DNA from: Pseudomonadota bacterium
Lineage (GTDB): Bacteria; Pseudomonadota; Gammaproteobacteria; UBA4575
Reading direction: 5' to 3'
Length of the DNA: 49,878 nucleotides
Assembly (NCBI GenBank): GCA_039030355.1
Contig: JBCCEI010000001.1
Location: 1-49,878 of the forward strand
A program made the translations under genes and the position numbers. The notes under the pieces were generated by a model. It was not told the DNA's origin, made no database searches, and was given only the letters and a program-made list of their open reading frames with translations. Shown here one piece after another: positions 24,784-34,920 of this stretch. Each line of letters begins with the position of its first letter. Positions within the stretch are counted from its first letter, which is position 1.

Positions 24784-25605
24784 ATGACCATGCGCTATAA
24801 ACTCGATATTGATACCAATATAGACAACGTTTTAAACGAATCTTCAGCTGATATCGTTTATGAAGTTGAGCAAGATATAGATCATAGCAAACGTAATTTT
24901 CTTAAAGGTGCTGCTACCGTTGGTGGTTTAAGTATTGCTCCTGGGGTCATGCTGTATCAAACCGCCTCTGCAAAACCTAATGAGCAAGCAGTGAGTAACC
25001 AGCAACGTTGGGGTATGCTGATTGACACCAATCTATGTCAGGAAGATTGTGATGCCTGTGTAACTGCATGTAATGAAGAAAATGGTCTGTGGGATCTAGG
25101 TCGTCCCACCACAGATGCGCAATGGATACGCAAGCTAAATATAAAAGACAAACAAACTGGGCATGTCACTTCTTTACCTATGATGTGCCAGCATTGCGAG
25201 CACCCGCCCTGCGTTGATGTCTGCCCAACTGGCGCTTCTTTTAAACGTGCTGATGGCATCGTTTTAGTCAATGCCCATACTTGCATTGGTTGCCGCTACT
25301 GCATGATGGCCTGCCCATACAAAGCACGCTCTTTTATCCATGAGCCACTTGTAGATCAACTACCACATGCACCTCGTGGCAAAGGTTGTGTAGAAAGTTG
25401 CACGCTGTGTGTACACAAAGTGGATCGTGGTGATAATAATACTGCTTGTGCTGAAGCATGTAACAAAGATGGTCACAAAGCACTTCTGTTTGGTGATTTA
25501 AATGATCCAAACAGCGATATTTCAAAACAATTAGAAAAACATGGTGGCGTTCAAATACGAGCAGATTTGAACCTAAATACCGGTGTGCGCTATCAAGGTT
25601 TATAA
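24784..25605 (+). CDS. dsrO: DsrO, periplasmic FeS ferredoxin-like subunit
   Basis: 273 aa. Tat-like KRNFLKGAA motif. Multiple 4Fe-4S motifs (CQHCEHPPCVDVCP, CIGCRYCMMACP). Confidence 0.9.
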   Translation: MTMRYKLDIDTNIDNVLNESSADIVYEVEQDIDHSKRNFLKGAATVGGLSIAPGVMLYQTASAKPNEQAVSNQQRWGMLIDTNLCQEDCDACVTACNEENGLWDLGRPTTDAQWIRKLNIKDKQTGHVTSLPMMCQHCEHPPCVDVCPTGASFKRADGIVLVNAHTCIGCRYCMMACPYKARSFIHEPLVDQLPHAPRGKGCVESCTLCVHKVDRGDNNTACAEACNKDGHKALLFGDLNDPNSDISKQLEKHGGVQIRADLNLNTGVRYQGL

Positions 25606-25607
25606 GT

Positions 25608-26819
25608 ATGGAAACTACGCGATTTAGTTCTCTTGAAGCAAAATCATTTCAGTACTGGATATTATTAGGCGCACTAGGTTTAGCCGCTCTAATTGGTTAT
25701 TTATCTTCACACCACATGGATGTTGAAGGTCATCATATTTCCGGCATGAGTAATCAGATTGTGTGGGGCTTTCCTCATGTAATCGCCATCTTTTTAATCG
25801 TTGCTGCATCTGGTGCACTTAATGTAGCCTCGATTTCATCAGTATTCGGCAAAGTAGACTACAAACCATTGGCAAGACTCTCAGCTTTGTTGGCGATCGC
25901 TTTATTAGTGGGTGGGCTAGCAATTTTGGTCTTAGATTTAGGGCGACCCGATCGCTTAATCATAGCAATGACGTATTACAATTTTAAATCCATCTTTGCT
26001 TGGAACATTTTCTTATATACCGGCTTCATTATTATCACTGGTATTTATCTATGGATGATGATGGAACGCAAAATGAACAAGTTCACAAAACCTGCAGGCT
26101 TTTTTGCATTTATCTGGCGACTCATTCTAACAACTGGTACCGGATCAATTTTTGGCTTTCTTGTTGCTCGTCAGGCATATGATGCTGCCATCATGGCACC
26201 AATGTTTATCATCATGTCATTCTCGTTTGGGCTTGCAGTATTTATATTAGTTCTCCAAACAAGTTATGCATGGAGTGGGCGGAATCTGGGTGATGCAATC
26301 ATGAGCAAGTTACGTAAATTACTTGGAATCTTTATTGCCGCAGTGTTGTATTTCGTGATAGCTCAACACTTAACAAATTTATATGCCACCGAACACCATG
26401 GTGTAGAAGCATTCATATTATTGTATGGCGGTATTTACACTTTCTTGTTTTGGGTTGTACAAATAGTTATAGGTTGTGCAATTCCACTTGTTTTAATTTT
26501 TTTCAAACCTTTTAGCCAGTGTCGAAACTGTTTAAGCATCGCTTCCTTGCTCGTTATCATAGGTGGTCTGGCACAACTCTATGTAATCATTATTGGCGGC
26601 CAAGCTTACCCACTAGATATGTTCCCCGGATACGAAGTTACAAGCAACTTCTTTGATGGCGTAGTCGCCGAATATACGCCAAGTGTTTGGGAAATTTTGC
26701 TGGGCATTGGTGGAACTTGCATTGCATTGTTGATCGTAACCGTCGCAGTTGCTGTATTGGACTTCTTACCAGAGAGTCTTTCCGATAACGCATTAGCGCT
26801 TAGTTCAACAAAAGCCTGA
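25608..26819 (+). CDS. dsrP: DsrP, NrfD/PsrC-like integral membrane quinone-interacting subunit
   Basis: 403 aa with about 10 TM helices. Starts 2 nt after the dsrO stop. Confidence 0.9.
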   Translation: METTRFSSLEAKSFQYWILLGALGLAALIGYLSSHHMDVEGHHISGMSNQIVWGFPHVIAIFLIVAASGALNVASISSVFGKVDYKPLARLSALLAIALLVGGLAILVLDLGRPDRLIIAMTYYNFKSIFAWNIFLYTGFIIITGIYLWMMMERKMNKFTKPAGFFAFIWRLILTTGTGSIFGFLVARQAYDAAIMAPMFIIMSFSFGLAVFILVLQTSYAWSGRNLGDAIMSKLRKLLGIFIAAVLYFVIAQHLTNLYATEHHGVEAFILLYGGIYTFLFWVVQIVIGCAIPLVLIFFKPFSQCRNCLSIASLLVIIGGLAQLYVIIIGGQAYPLDMFPGYEVTSNFFDGVVAEYTPSVWEILLGIGGTCIALLIVTVAVAVLDFLPESLSDNALALSSTKA

Positions 26820-26853
26820 TACCTTAAATAGCACAGTTGTGCTTTAAAACATC

Positions 26854-28212
26854 TTGGCCCATTTACTCTTCTCTGCCGCTAATAAATCTTCTGGCAAAAC
26901 TGTTCTTAGTGTTGGCATTGCAGCTGCATTACGCGCCAAAGGGCTCACAGTACAAGCTTTTAAAAAAGGCCCCGACTACATTGACCCAATGTGGCTGGCA
27001 AAAGCTACTCAACGTAATTGTTACAACTTAGACTTTTGGACCCAATCCGAAAACGAAATTCTCGCAACACTTAGTCAGCACAGCCAAGATACAGACATCT
27101 GCATCATTGAGGGCAACAAAGGGTTACATGATGGTTTGGCTGCAGATGGCAGTAACAGTAATGCCGCACTAGCAAAGCTTACCGGCTCACCAGTCATTCT
27201 AATACTCGATACACGTGGCACGATCCGTGGAATTGCACCTCTTGTTTTAGGTTATCAACAATTTGACCCACAAGTGAATATTACTGGCGTAATTTTAAAT
27301 TTTGTTGGTGGCGGCCGACATGCTGCGAAACTCAGAACCGTGATCGAGCGTTATACTGATATTCCAATTGTGGGTGTTGTGCAACGCAATCAGCAACTTG
27401 AGCTAGTCGAGCGTTACTTAGGATTAATGCCCAGCAATGAAGACCAATATGCAGAAGAAAAAGTTAACAGTATTGCTAACATTATCACTGAGCAAGTTGA
27501 TTTAGATGCCCTAGGCAAGCTTGCCAGTACTGCTAAAACATTTGCAGAAGCGACACTCGACAATCCGAAACAAAACTTCAATTTAAAAATTGCTTATGCA
27601 AAAGATGAAGCGTTTGGGTTTTATTATGCTGATGACCTAGATTACTTTTCTCAATTAGGCGCACAGCTCATTCCTTTTGATACATTGCATGACTCAAACC
27701 TTCCTGATGCAGATGCACTATTTATCGGTGGTGGTTTTCCAGAGAAGCGCTTGGAAAAACTCAGTGCAAATACAAATATGAAGCATGCCATATACAACGC
27801 CATAGACAATGGTATGCCAAGTTATGCCGAATGTGGTGGACTAATGTATTTATGCAATTCAATTAAAAATACTGAACAACAAGCAGAAATGGTCGGGATT
27901 ATCGACGCTGATTGTGAAATGCATGAAAAACCAATTGGTCGTGGTTATACCTTACTGGAAAAAACATCCCAGCATTTATGGGGAAACACCAATAAAGATG
28001 AAATACCTGGGCATGAATTTCATTATTCAAAACTAGTACAGACCCCCCTGCAAACTCAATATGCATACCAAGTAAACCGTGGCTATGGAATCGATGGCGT
28101 AAATGACGGTATCGTGTTTAAAAATTTACTGGCCTGCTATGCGCATCAACGAAATACACAACAAAATCAATGGATTCCTAACTTTCTTAATTTTGTGAAA
28201 AGTCACAAGTAG
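26854..28212 (+). CDS. dsrN: DsrN, CobB-like glutamine amidotransferase (siroheme amidation)
   Basis: 452 aa with a TTG start. CobB/CbiA N-terminus (LLFSAANKSSGKTVLSVGIAAAL) and C-terminal GATase with ECGGLMYL. Confidence 0.85.
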   Translation: MAHLLFSAANKSSGKTVLSVGIAAALRAKGLTVQAFKKGPDYIDPMWLAKATQRNCYNLDFWTQSENEILATLSQHSQDTDICIIEGNKGLHDGLAADGSNSNAALAKLTGSPVILILDTRGTIRGIAPLVLGYQQFDPQVNITGVILNFVGGGRHAAKLRTVIERYTDIPIVGVVQRNQQLELVERYLGLMPSNEDQYAEEKVNSIANIITEQVDLDALGKLASTAKTFAEATLDNPKQNFNLKIAYAKDEAFGFYYADDLDYFSQLGAQLIPFDTLHDSNLPDADALFIGGGFPEKRLEKLSANTNMKHAIYNAIDNGMPSYAECGGLMYLCNSIKNTEQQAEMVGIIDADCEMHEKPIGRGYTLLEKTSQHLWGNTNKDEIPGHEFHYSKLVQTPLQTQYAYQVNRGYGIDGVNDGIVFKNLLACYAHQRNTQQNQWIPNFLNFVKSHK

Positions 28213-28258
28213 ATGTAATACAATTATATATAAGAAACAATAAATACAATTAACACTT

Positions 28259-28585
28259 ATGAGCATTGAAGTATCTGAAGCTGCGGCAGAGCAAATTAAA
28301 AAAGCCGCGCTCGAATCTAAGTTAGAAAACACGCCACTACGCATTGCTGCAACTAAGCAAGCCGATGATTCACTACATTATGGATTGGGTTTTGATGATA
28401 TTGGCAGTGGCGATGAAAATGATCATATATTTGAATCCAATGGCGTTGAAGTTGTGGTTGCTGATTCAAGTCTAAAATTACTAACAGGCACAACACTCGA
28501 TTATATTGAATTAGAACCAAAACAATTTCATTTTATTTTCTTAAACCCAAATGATCCAAATTACTCGCCTCCAACTGAGGTGTAA
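28259..28585 (+). CDS. dsrR: DsrR, IscA/HesB-like protein lacking the FeS-ligand cysteines
   Basis: 108 aa. IscA fold pattern (IEVSEAAAEQIKK...LRIAA...GLGFDD...GVEVVVADSSLKLLTGTTLDY) with no Cys at all. Position after dsrN. Confidence 0.8.
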   Translation: MSIEVSEAAAEQIKKAALESKLENTPLRIAATKQADDSLHYGLGFDDIGSGDENDHIFESNGVEVVVADSSLKLLTGTTLDYIELEPKQFHFIFLNPNDPNYSPPTEV

Positions 28586-28673
28586 CGCAGATTAATAAGG
28601 AATGATAATGAACGCTAAAAAATCCACTTATTTATAAAAATAGATCTGCTTAATTTTAGATTAAAAAAATCCA

Positions 28674-29198
28674 GTGAAAAAATTTCTAAGTTTTATGCTT
28701 CTTTTACTCATAATCCTAGGAGTAATTGGATATTTTCTACCAACAAATTATTCTGTTCATAAAACCAAGACGATTTCTTCTAGTACAGAGCATATTCATG
28801 AATACGTAGGCGATCTGAAAAAGTGGCAGGAATGGACTGCCTGGAAAGGTGATGATCCTGAAATTGAAATTATGCTTGGTGAAACAACCACTGGCATTGG
28901 CGCAAGTCAAAGCTGGATTGACTCCCATGGTGGAGGGGCACTCATATTTACATCTTGGTCACCTGAAAATGGTATTGAATATGACCTGGTATTTGATGGC
29001 GGGAAATTCAAAAGCATAAGTACCATTCAATATAAAAAAGCTTCAAATACACGTACACGTGTTCATTGGAACCTGGAAGGTGACATGAAGATTCCAATCA
29101 TAGGTGGCTATATGGCTCTCTACTTTAAGTATTTTATTGGCGACATGTTTCAGCAAGGGCTAGATCAACTAAAAGTCATAGTAGAAAACAACCAATAA
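28674..29198 (+). CDS. SRPBCC (START/polyketide-cyclase-like) protein with N-terminal membrane anchor
   Basis: 174 aa. TM/signal anchor, then YSVHKTKTISSSTEHIHEYVGDLKKWQEW, typical of SRPBCC family members. Confidence 0.55.
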   Translation: MKKFLSFMLLLLIILGVIGYFLPTNYSVHKTKTISSSTEHIHEYVGDLKKWQEWTAWKGDDPEIEIMLGETTTGIGASQSWIDSHGGGALIFTSWSPENGIEYDLVFDGGKFKSISTIQYKKASNTRTRVHWNLEGDMKIPIIGGYMALYFKYFIGDMFQQGLDQLKVIVENNQ

Positions 29199-29342
29199 CC
29201 GCATTTTCATTTTTTAACCTTGCTACTTGAGATCCAGACCATACGTGCATTTTAGTGCACAAACGGTCGCTCAACTTATTCGGCTTCTTTCATGAAGTCG
29301 CTACACTCTTATATATATGTGTTTTCAAACAGGGGGCAGCTT

Positions 29343-30080
29343 ATGCCACAAGCTCATTTTTATCTAGCTCACATTGCAATGTTTAGTTTATTACTGCTGA
29401 TAACCGCATGCGCAACACAATATGAAGCAGATGCTGATGCTGATCAGTTAGTTGCAGCAATGCAGGAACTACCAGAGGTAAAACCGTATCTTGCAAATGT
29501 TCATTTTTATCCTAAAACGCGCAGCTCAAGTACTAAAATTGAAGTTGATAATGGCGATGAGCGTAATCTACATAAAATTGTAATCCCTGAGGATGAGATG
29601 TTAAATCTTGCAGGTCATGCAAGTATATTTCGATGGTTTCAAGATGACGGAAAACATACAGATTTACCTTTACTGAATATTCATGCACGTATTTATAAAT
29701 TGGACCATTCGATCCGTATCGTAAATGGTCGTATGCAGCCGATTGCAAAAACTAAAATTGAAGTTTTTCTAACCGATAAAAATGATAAACGTATTTATGA
29801 AAGCGTCTTCACCGCACAAGGCGAAGGCCAAGAAGGTAAAATTTTAAGAAACAAACGTGAAACTCAAGACATCTATGGCCAAGCGATTTACAAAGCAATG
29901 GTACTTGCATTTGAAACCGCTTTTGCAGACATCTCAAACGACTTAAATCTTCGCCCAATAGACTTTGATATTGATAAAATAAAATTAGAAGAAGATATAG
30001 AGATCGATGATATACAGAATCAAAAAAATGCTGATAAAAGTATCGAAAATATACCTGATGCAACTGTTGAGGATACTTAA
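29343..30080 (+). CDS. Lipoprotein, function unknown
   Basis: Lipobox LLITAC (MPQAHFYLAHIAMFSLLLLITACATQ). The start was moved to the ATG at 29343 from the ORF-track 29292. Confidence 0.55.
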   Translation: MPQAHFYLAHIAMFSLLLLITACATQYEADADADQLVAAMQELPEVKPYLANVHFYPKTRSSSTKIEVDNGDERNLHKIVIPEDEMLNLAGHASIFRWFQDDGKHTDLPLLNIHARIYKLDHSIRIVNGRMQPIAKTKIEVFLTDKNDKRIYESVFTAQGEGQEGKILRNKRETQDIYGQAIYKAMVLAFETAFADISNDLNLRPIDFDIDKIKLEEDIEIDDIQNQKNADKSIENIPDATVEDT

Positions 30081-30089
30081 GATTTAACC

Positions 30090-30449
30090 TTATCCAAGAT
30101 ATACACTGTTCACTTTTTTATTTCTTCTATCACTCCCTAGTCGACGGTTCTTTTCTCCACTAAAGTGAATTCCACTTGCATTGAATGCATCTCGCCTATC
30201 CTCTTGACGGCGATCTTCATAGTGTTTGAAGGTACATTCGCAGTGCTGGTCGCAACCTGCTAGGGGAAGTTGTGGTGCCTCTGCTGATAAAAAACGCTTG
30301 CCATGAAGTTGCATCACAGCATCACAGGCATCATAAGGAACATTCACTGCTACACAGTGATATGGACTAATACTCGCTTTAGTATTCCGCGCTGATTTAT
30401 TCGTTTTGTTCTTTGTGCGTTTGTTAGAACGCGATGACCAAATTGCCAT
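30090..30449 (-). CDS. Cys-rich, Arg-rich hypothetical protein (119 aa)
   Basis: Basic N-terminus, a C..C..C..HCEC cysteine set, and a C-terminal DRR-type repeat (EDRRQEDRRD ... GSDRRNKK). Confidence 0.45.
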   Translation of the reverse strand: MAIWSSRSNKRTKNKTNKSARNTKASISPYHCVAVNVPYDACDAVMQLHGKRFLSAEAPQLPLAGCDQHCECTFKHYEDRRQEDRRDAFNASGIHFSGEKNRRLGSDRRNKKVNSVYLG

Positions 30450-30687
30450 AACCCAACTCCAAATTCATCTCTTTTATTATTCGACTGACTCTGTCACGAA
30501 AGTTCAGAATGCAGAGGATTGAGCGTGTTCCACACTCGATACACTAATTTAATTGTAAATTAAAGTATCTGATTTTTCGACTATAAATTACTTATAGCAA
30601 AGATCAAATGAACTCGTGCGAGATTATTGTTGAGACAACCCATCATTGAGCACAATGAGTTATACAAGCTGAATTTTGAGTCAAATA

Positions 30688-31032
30688 TTATTCTGATTTA
30701 TTACAGAATAATTTCCCTTCAATATATGGGTATTTATTATCGGAATAATCTTTACCACGAAATTCTTCTTTGTCGATCTCATGATCGAATTCGCGCGACT
30801 TGCACAATTTTTCCGCTTTTGCCAACCACTTTTCATACGCAGTATCCAAGCTCATTTCTAATACACCACTATAGGCCAGGTAATGTTTGCCAGCACTCAA
30901 TTCCGTATGACTATATTTTGCATCTACTTGATGCTTTGATTTTGGCAATGTTAAACATGCCGTAGACGTAATTGTGCATAACAAACTAAGCACGATTGCT
31001 TTTAAAGCTATTGAATTCAAAAGTGAACCCAT
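30688..31032 (-). CDS. Small lipoprotein or exported protein (114 aa)
   Basis: Signal peptide with a possible lipobox (ITSTAC). No motif recognised. Confidence 0.5.
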   Translation of the reverse strand: MGSLLNSIALKAIVLSLLCTITSTACLTLPKSKHQVDAKYSHTELSAGKHYLAYSGVLEMSLDTAYEKWLAKAEKLCKSREFDHEIDKEEFRGKDYSDNKYPYIEGKLFCNKSE

Positions 31033-31120
31033 TGGGAAAATTGAAAATTGATTGAGAGATTGATTATCTGCGACTGAGGCGCGTATGAATACCGCGCCCA
31101 GTACAGAAATAGGTCGGCGG

Positions 31121-31210
31121 TTAAAATTTGCCGATAACAGCTACGATTAAAACAATGCAAGGAATGACCATGGCGGCTACTACTAACATTGTCTTTACGA
31201 ATTCATTCAT
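31121..31210 (-). CDS. Candidate 29-aa single-TM micro-protein (not in the ORF track)
   Basis: Manual translation MNEFVKTMLVVAAMVIPCIVLIVAVIGKF. AGGAG RBS about 7 nt upstream of the ATG. Confidence 0.35.
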   Translation of the reverse strand: MNEFVKTMLVVAAMVIPCIVLIVAVIGKF

Positions 31211-31482
31211 TTCCTTACTCCTGTGAATATTACTTCTAAGTATAGTTGGACACCTATATCGATGGACGTGGGTCCATGAGGCAGGTTCTGCCAGGAGGCA
31301 ATTATAGCATCGAGCACATGCATGCTAAAGCCAAACTGGGCCACAAAAATAACCAATATTGCAGGTTTTAGAGCACATTCAATCACAAATTATTCAGATA
31401 ATAGGATAAACCAGAGTTTTTGAATAAGCAGGTAGAATAAGCATCAAAATAATAATTGTATTCAATTCATCCTCCACAATTT

Positions 31483-32265
31483 ATGAGCCTACATATCTAT
31501 ACTGAACGAAGAAAACCAAAGCGCAAATCGAGAAGAAAATCTGCTGCTGAAAAAAGCCCGCTATCTTCTCCTCGTAATCTGATTAAATTCATATTCAGAT
31601 GGCTGAGAAATATAATTCTAATTTTTATCGCTTTTACTCTTTTAATCACGCTATCGGTTCGTTGGATCAATCCGCCATACACTAGCTTTATGATCATACA
31701 AAGAATGGAGACAAATTTTGTGCCATATAAAATTAATTGGGTATCAATTAATGAAATTTCATCAAATTTATCCATAGCAGCGGTTGCTGCAGAAGATCAA
31801 AAATTTCCCATGCACTACGGTTTTGATCTGAAAGCAATACAATCGGCAATTGAAACGAATAAAAATAAAAAATCTATTCGCGGCGCCAGCACAATTACAC
31901 AACAGGTAGCAAAAAATGTATTTTTATGGCCAAAAAAGAGTTTATTTAGAAAAGGGCTAGAAGCTTACTTTACAGTATTGATTGAAACGCTTTGGCCAAA
32001 ATGGCGAATTCTGGAAGTATATTTAAACGTTGCAGAATTTGGACCAAATATATTTGGTGCAAAAAATGCTTCTTATACACATTTTAAAAAACATGCATCG
32101 CAACTTACACAACAGGAAGCTGCTCTTTTAGCTGCAGTATTGCCTAACCCACATAAAATGCATGCATCTAACCCATCTGACTATGTCCAACAACGCGCAG
32201 CATATATTCGCTCACAAGTAAGCTCTCTTGGGGGGAGTAATTATTTAGCGACTATCTGGGATTAA
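31483..32265 (+). CDS. mtgA: Monofunctional biosynthetic peptidoglycan transglycosylase
   Basis: GT51 motifs AAEDQKFPMHYGFD, RGASTITQQVAKN and RILEVYLNVAEFG. N-terminal membrane anchor. Start uncertain: TTG at 31456 or ATG at 31483. Confidence 0.85.
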   Translation: MSLHIYTERRKPKRKSRRKSAAEKSPLSSPRNLIKFIFRWLRNIILIFIAFTLLITLSVRWINPPYTSFMIIQRMETNFVPYKINWVSINEISSNLSIAAVAAEDQKFPMHYGFDLKAIQSAIETNKNKKSIRGASTITQQVAKNVFLWPKKSLFRKGLEAYFTVLIETLWPKWRILEVYLNVAEFGPNIFGAKNASYTHFKKHASQLTQQEAALLAAVLPNPHKMHASNPSDYVQQRAAYIRSQVSSLGGSNYLATIWD

Positions 32266-32332
32266 CTACTCAGATATTTATAGATGCTATGCGTATAATT
32301 ACATTAGAGCGTTCCTATAACGATATTATTTC

Positions 32333-33733
32333 ATGCAAGATAAAAATAACCTTTCAACAGAGCAAAATTTGCGCGCCTTTCTTGACTCATTACGTCAGTG
32401 GACACAAAAAATCCGCGCTGGCGAACTGACTGCGCGTATTGCAAACTCACAGCATCCTGAATTTAATGAACTTAGCCAAGATATAAATTTCGTTGCAGAA
32501 ATGTTGAACTCCTTGTCTCGTGATGCCGAGTTACAGTTACAGCACCATACCAAACATATTGCACAAAAAAATAAATCATTAGAAACACTTTATGATGTTG
32601 TCAGCAGCATCAATATGACACGTGATATTCATTCACTTCTCACGCATTTTTTACATACCATGACAGAGATTGCCAATGCTTATGCAGCTACGGTTTATTT
32701 AAAAGCAAATGATGAGAGCTGCTCGCTGATTTCTGAAATTGGATTGAACCAGGATTTCAACAAACGCCATCCACAACTTCCAGATCAAAATAGTGGTGAC
32801 ACTGAAGAACAGAATATCCCAGTAAGCATCATTAATTGTCCAAATGATATTGCTGACCAATATTTTGATGGCATGAAACTTTCTATATTAGTCGTTCCAC
32901 TACAATATCGTGGCAATATTTTAGGCGTCTATAATCTTTATATTAACCGCGACCAGTTCGCAAACAATAGTGAATATCATAACTTATTTACCAGTATAGG
33001 CAGGCATCTTGGTATCGCCGTGGAGAAAGCACGATTAGATAATGAAGCAAATTTAATTAATATTGTTCAAGAACGCACAAACTTTGCAAATGAATTACAT
33101 GACTCTCTTGCTCAAACACTTGCAAGTGTAAAGTATCAAGTGCGTGTGCTGGATGAAACTATTCACCAAGGAGATGAGGCCGCTACCTGGCAAGAACTGG
33201 AACGCATTGAATCAACGATTGATGAAGCACACTCAGAATTGCGCTCATTGATTGCCCATTTTCGCTTGCCGGTAGGTGAGCATGGTTTACTTGTCTCAGT
33301 TGAACAGATCGTTGAACGATTTAAACAGGATAGTGGTGGCATGCAAATTTTTCTGCAACGAGAATGGCCAAATACAAAACTGCCCACTGCGGTAGAACTA
33401 CAAGTTTTACGCATCATCCAAGAAGCACTAACCAATGCACGCAAGCATAGTGAAGCAACTGCAGTGCGCGTCTGGATGCATGGTGATGACGTTGGTCATT
33501 ACACAGTGTTGATAGAAGATGATGGCATAGGTCTATCTGAACGACAAAAAAGCAACACTGTTGGGGAGCATGTGGGTATGAGTGTTATGCAGGACCGCGC
33601 AAATAGAATTGGTGGTACACTAAGCGTAGAAGGCGACACTGGTGAAGGTGTACAAGTTCGATTAGAATTTGATTATCTTCCCAAGACCTCACAAGACAGT
33701 ACAATCAACAAACCAATAAGCGAAAATTTATGA
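32333..33733 (+). CDS. Sensor histidine kinase, NarX/HisKA_3 type, with GAF-like sensor region
   Basis: 466 aa. H-box ELHDSLAQTL, N-box EALTNARKHS, and G-boxes IEDDGIG and GEGV. No clear TM segment in the N-terminus. Confidence 0.8.
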   Translation: MQDKNNLSTEQNLRAFLDSLRQWTQKIRAGELTARIANSQHPEFNELSQDINFVAEMLNSLSRDAELQLQHHTKHIAQKNKSLETLYDVVSSINMTRDIHSLLTHFLHTMTEIANAYAATVYLKANDESCSLISEIGLNQDFNKRHPQLPDQNSGDTEEQNIPVSIINCPNDIADQYFDGMKLSILVVPLQYRGNILGVYNLYINRDQFANNSEYHNLFTSIGRHLGIAVEKARLDNEANLINIVQERTNFANELHDSLAQTLASVKYQVRVLDETIHQGDEAATWQELERIESTIDEAHSELRSLIAHFRLPVGEHGLLVSVEQIVERFKQDSGGMQIFLQREWPNTKLPTAVELQVLRIIQEALTNARKHSEATAVRVWMHGDDVGHYTVLIEDDGIGLSERQKSNTVGEHVGMSVMQDRANRIGGTLSVEGDTGEGVQVRLEFDYLPKTSQDSTINKPISENL

Positions 33734-34407
33734 CCCCGGAAACTCCTCTACGCATCGTAGTTATCGATGATCACACCCTATTTCGTGAAGGCTTACAGAG
33801 TCTATTGGGCCGCCATGGTATTGAAGTAGTCGCCTCCGTTGACGATGGACGTGAAGGAATACGCCTGGCTCAAGAACTCCGACCTGATATTGTGCTGCTT
33901 GATATGCGCATGCCAAATATGAGTGGTTTAGATGTACTCAAACAATTCCAACAAGTTAAATTTGAATCACCAATTGTAATGCTCACCACTAGTGGAGACG
34001 AACGTGATTTGGTAGAAGCATTACGTAATGGCGCTAAAGGTTATTTGTTAAAAGATATGGAACCAGATGATGTCGTGGCTGCACTACGCGAAATTATTCA
34101 GGGCGAAACAGTTGTCGCACCAAATTTGACGCAAATACTCGCTAAAGTAGTAAAAGGCGAAGACCCATTAGAGCCCGAACCCAGTCCGCTTGATAATCTC
34201 ACACCTCGCGAACGTGAAATCCTAAGCTTGTTGGCCGAAGGTCAAAGCAATAAAGTAATTGCAAGAAACCTTGGCATTTCTGATGGCACGGTTAAACTTC
34301 ATGTAAAAGCAATTTTACGAAAATTAAATATACATTCACGCGTTGAAGCTGCAGTTATTGCAGTGGAACAAGGCTTAAGAGCAAATAAGACTTTTCCTGA
34401 TCGCTGA
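33730..34407 (+). CDS. NarL/FixJ-family response regulator (receiver + LuxR-type HTH)
   Basis: 225 aa. Receiver (VVIDDH..DIVLLDMRMP..K) and HTH (LTPREREILSLLAEGQSNKVIARNLGISDGTVKLHV). 4-nt overlap with the kinase gene. Confidence 0.85.
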   Translation: MTPETPLRIVVIDDHTLFREGLQSLLGRHGIEVVASVDDGREGIRLAQELRPDIVLLDMRMPNMSGLDVLKQFQQVKFESPIVMLTTSGDERDLVEALRNGAKGYLLKDMEPDDVVAALREIIQGETVVAPNLTQILAKVVKGEDPLEPEPSPLDNLTPREREILSLLAEGQSNKVIARNLGISDGTVKLHVKAILRKLNIHSRVEAAVIAVEQGLRANKTFPDR

Positions 34408-34458
34408 TTTATCTCGGTTAACCCTTGCGTTAACTAAATAAGCACTCATATAAAAGAA

Positions 34459-34920
34459 ATGAAAAGTTTCCAAGACCTGGTTGATGAAAATACCAAGCGT
34501 GTTTCTGAAATTATGCCTTGGGACTTGGATGAAAAACTTAAACAAAACAGCTCCCTTCTCATTCTAGATGTTCGTGAAACATTTGAATTTGAAAACATGC
34601 ATATTCGAGGCTCGTTTAATATTCCCAGAGGCATTTTAGAAATTGCTTGTGATTACGATAATGAAAAAGATGCTCCAAATTTAGTAGGTGCGCGTAAGCA
34701 AGAAGTAGTAGTTGTTTGCGGATCAGGTAAGCGTAGCATTATGGCGGCAAATAGCATGAAAGAAATGGGATACGAAAAAGTATGCTCACTTAAAACAGGC
34801 ATAAAGGGATGGAACGACTACGAGCTACCTTTATTCAATAAAGGCGGTGTTCAAGTCGATGCTGATAAAGTTGGTGGATACCTAAGCTTTAGCACCACAC
34901 CATTACAATTCAATAAATGA
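34459..34920 (+). CDS. Single-domain rhodanese-like sulfurtransferase
   Basis: 153 aa. Active-site loop VVVVCGSGKRS (CxxxxR[ST]). Confidence 0.75.
   Translation: MKSFQDLVDENTKRVSEIMPWDLDEKLKQNSSLLILDVRETFEFENMHIRGSFNIPRGILEIACDYDNEKDAPNLVGARKQEVVVVCGSGKRSIMAANSMKEMGYEKVCSLKTGIKGWNDYELPLFNKGGVQVDADKVGGYLSFSTTPLQFNK

Noticed and set aside
28674-29198. Calling the gene after dsrR dsrS.
   Set aside because: As I recall, DsrS is roughly twice this size. This 174-aa protein looks like a membrane-anchored SRPBCC/START-fold protein instead.
31245-31330. A locally GC-richer patch with two short hairpins (TGGAC-gtgg-GTCCA, GGCAG-gtt-CTGCC) upstream of the 29-aa micro-ORF. Considered as a riboswitch or sRNA.
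   Set aside because: The stems are only 5 bp, and I recognise no known riboswitch consensus. The evidence is insufficient without covariation or expression data.
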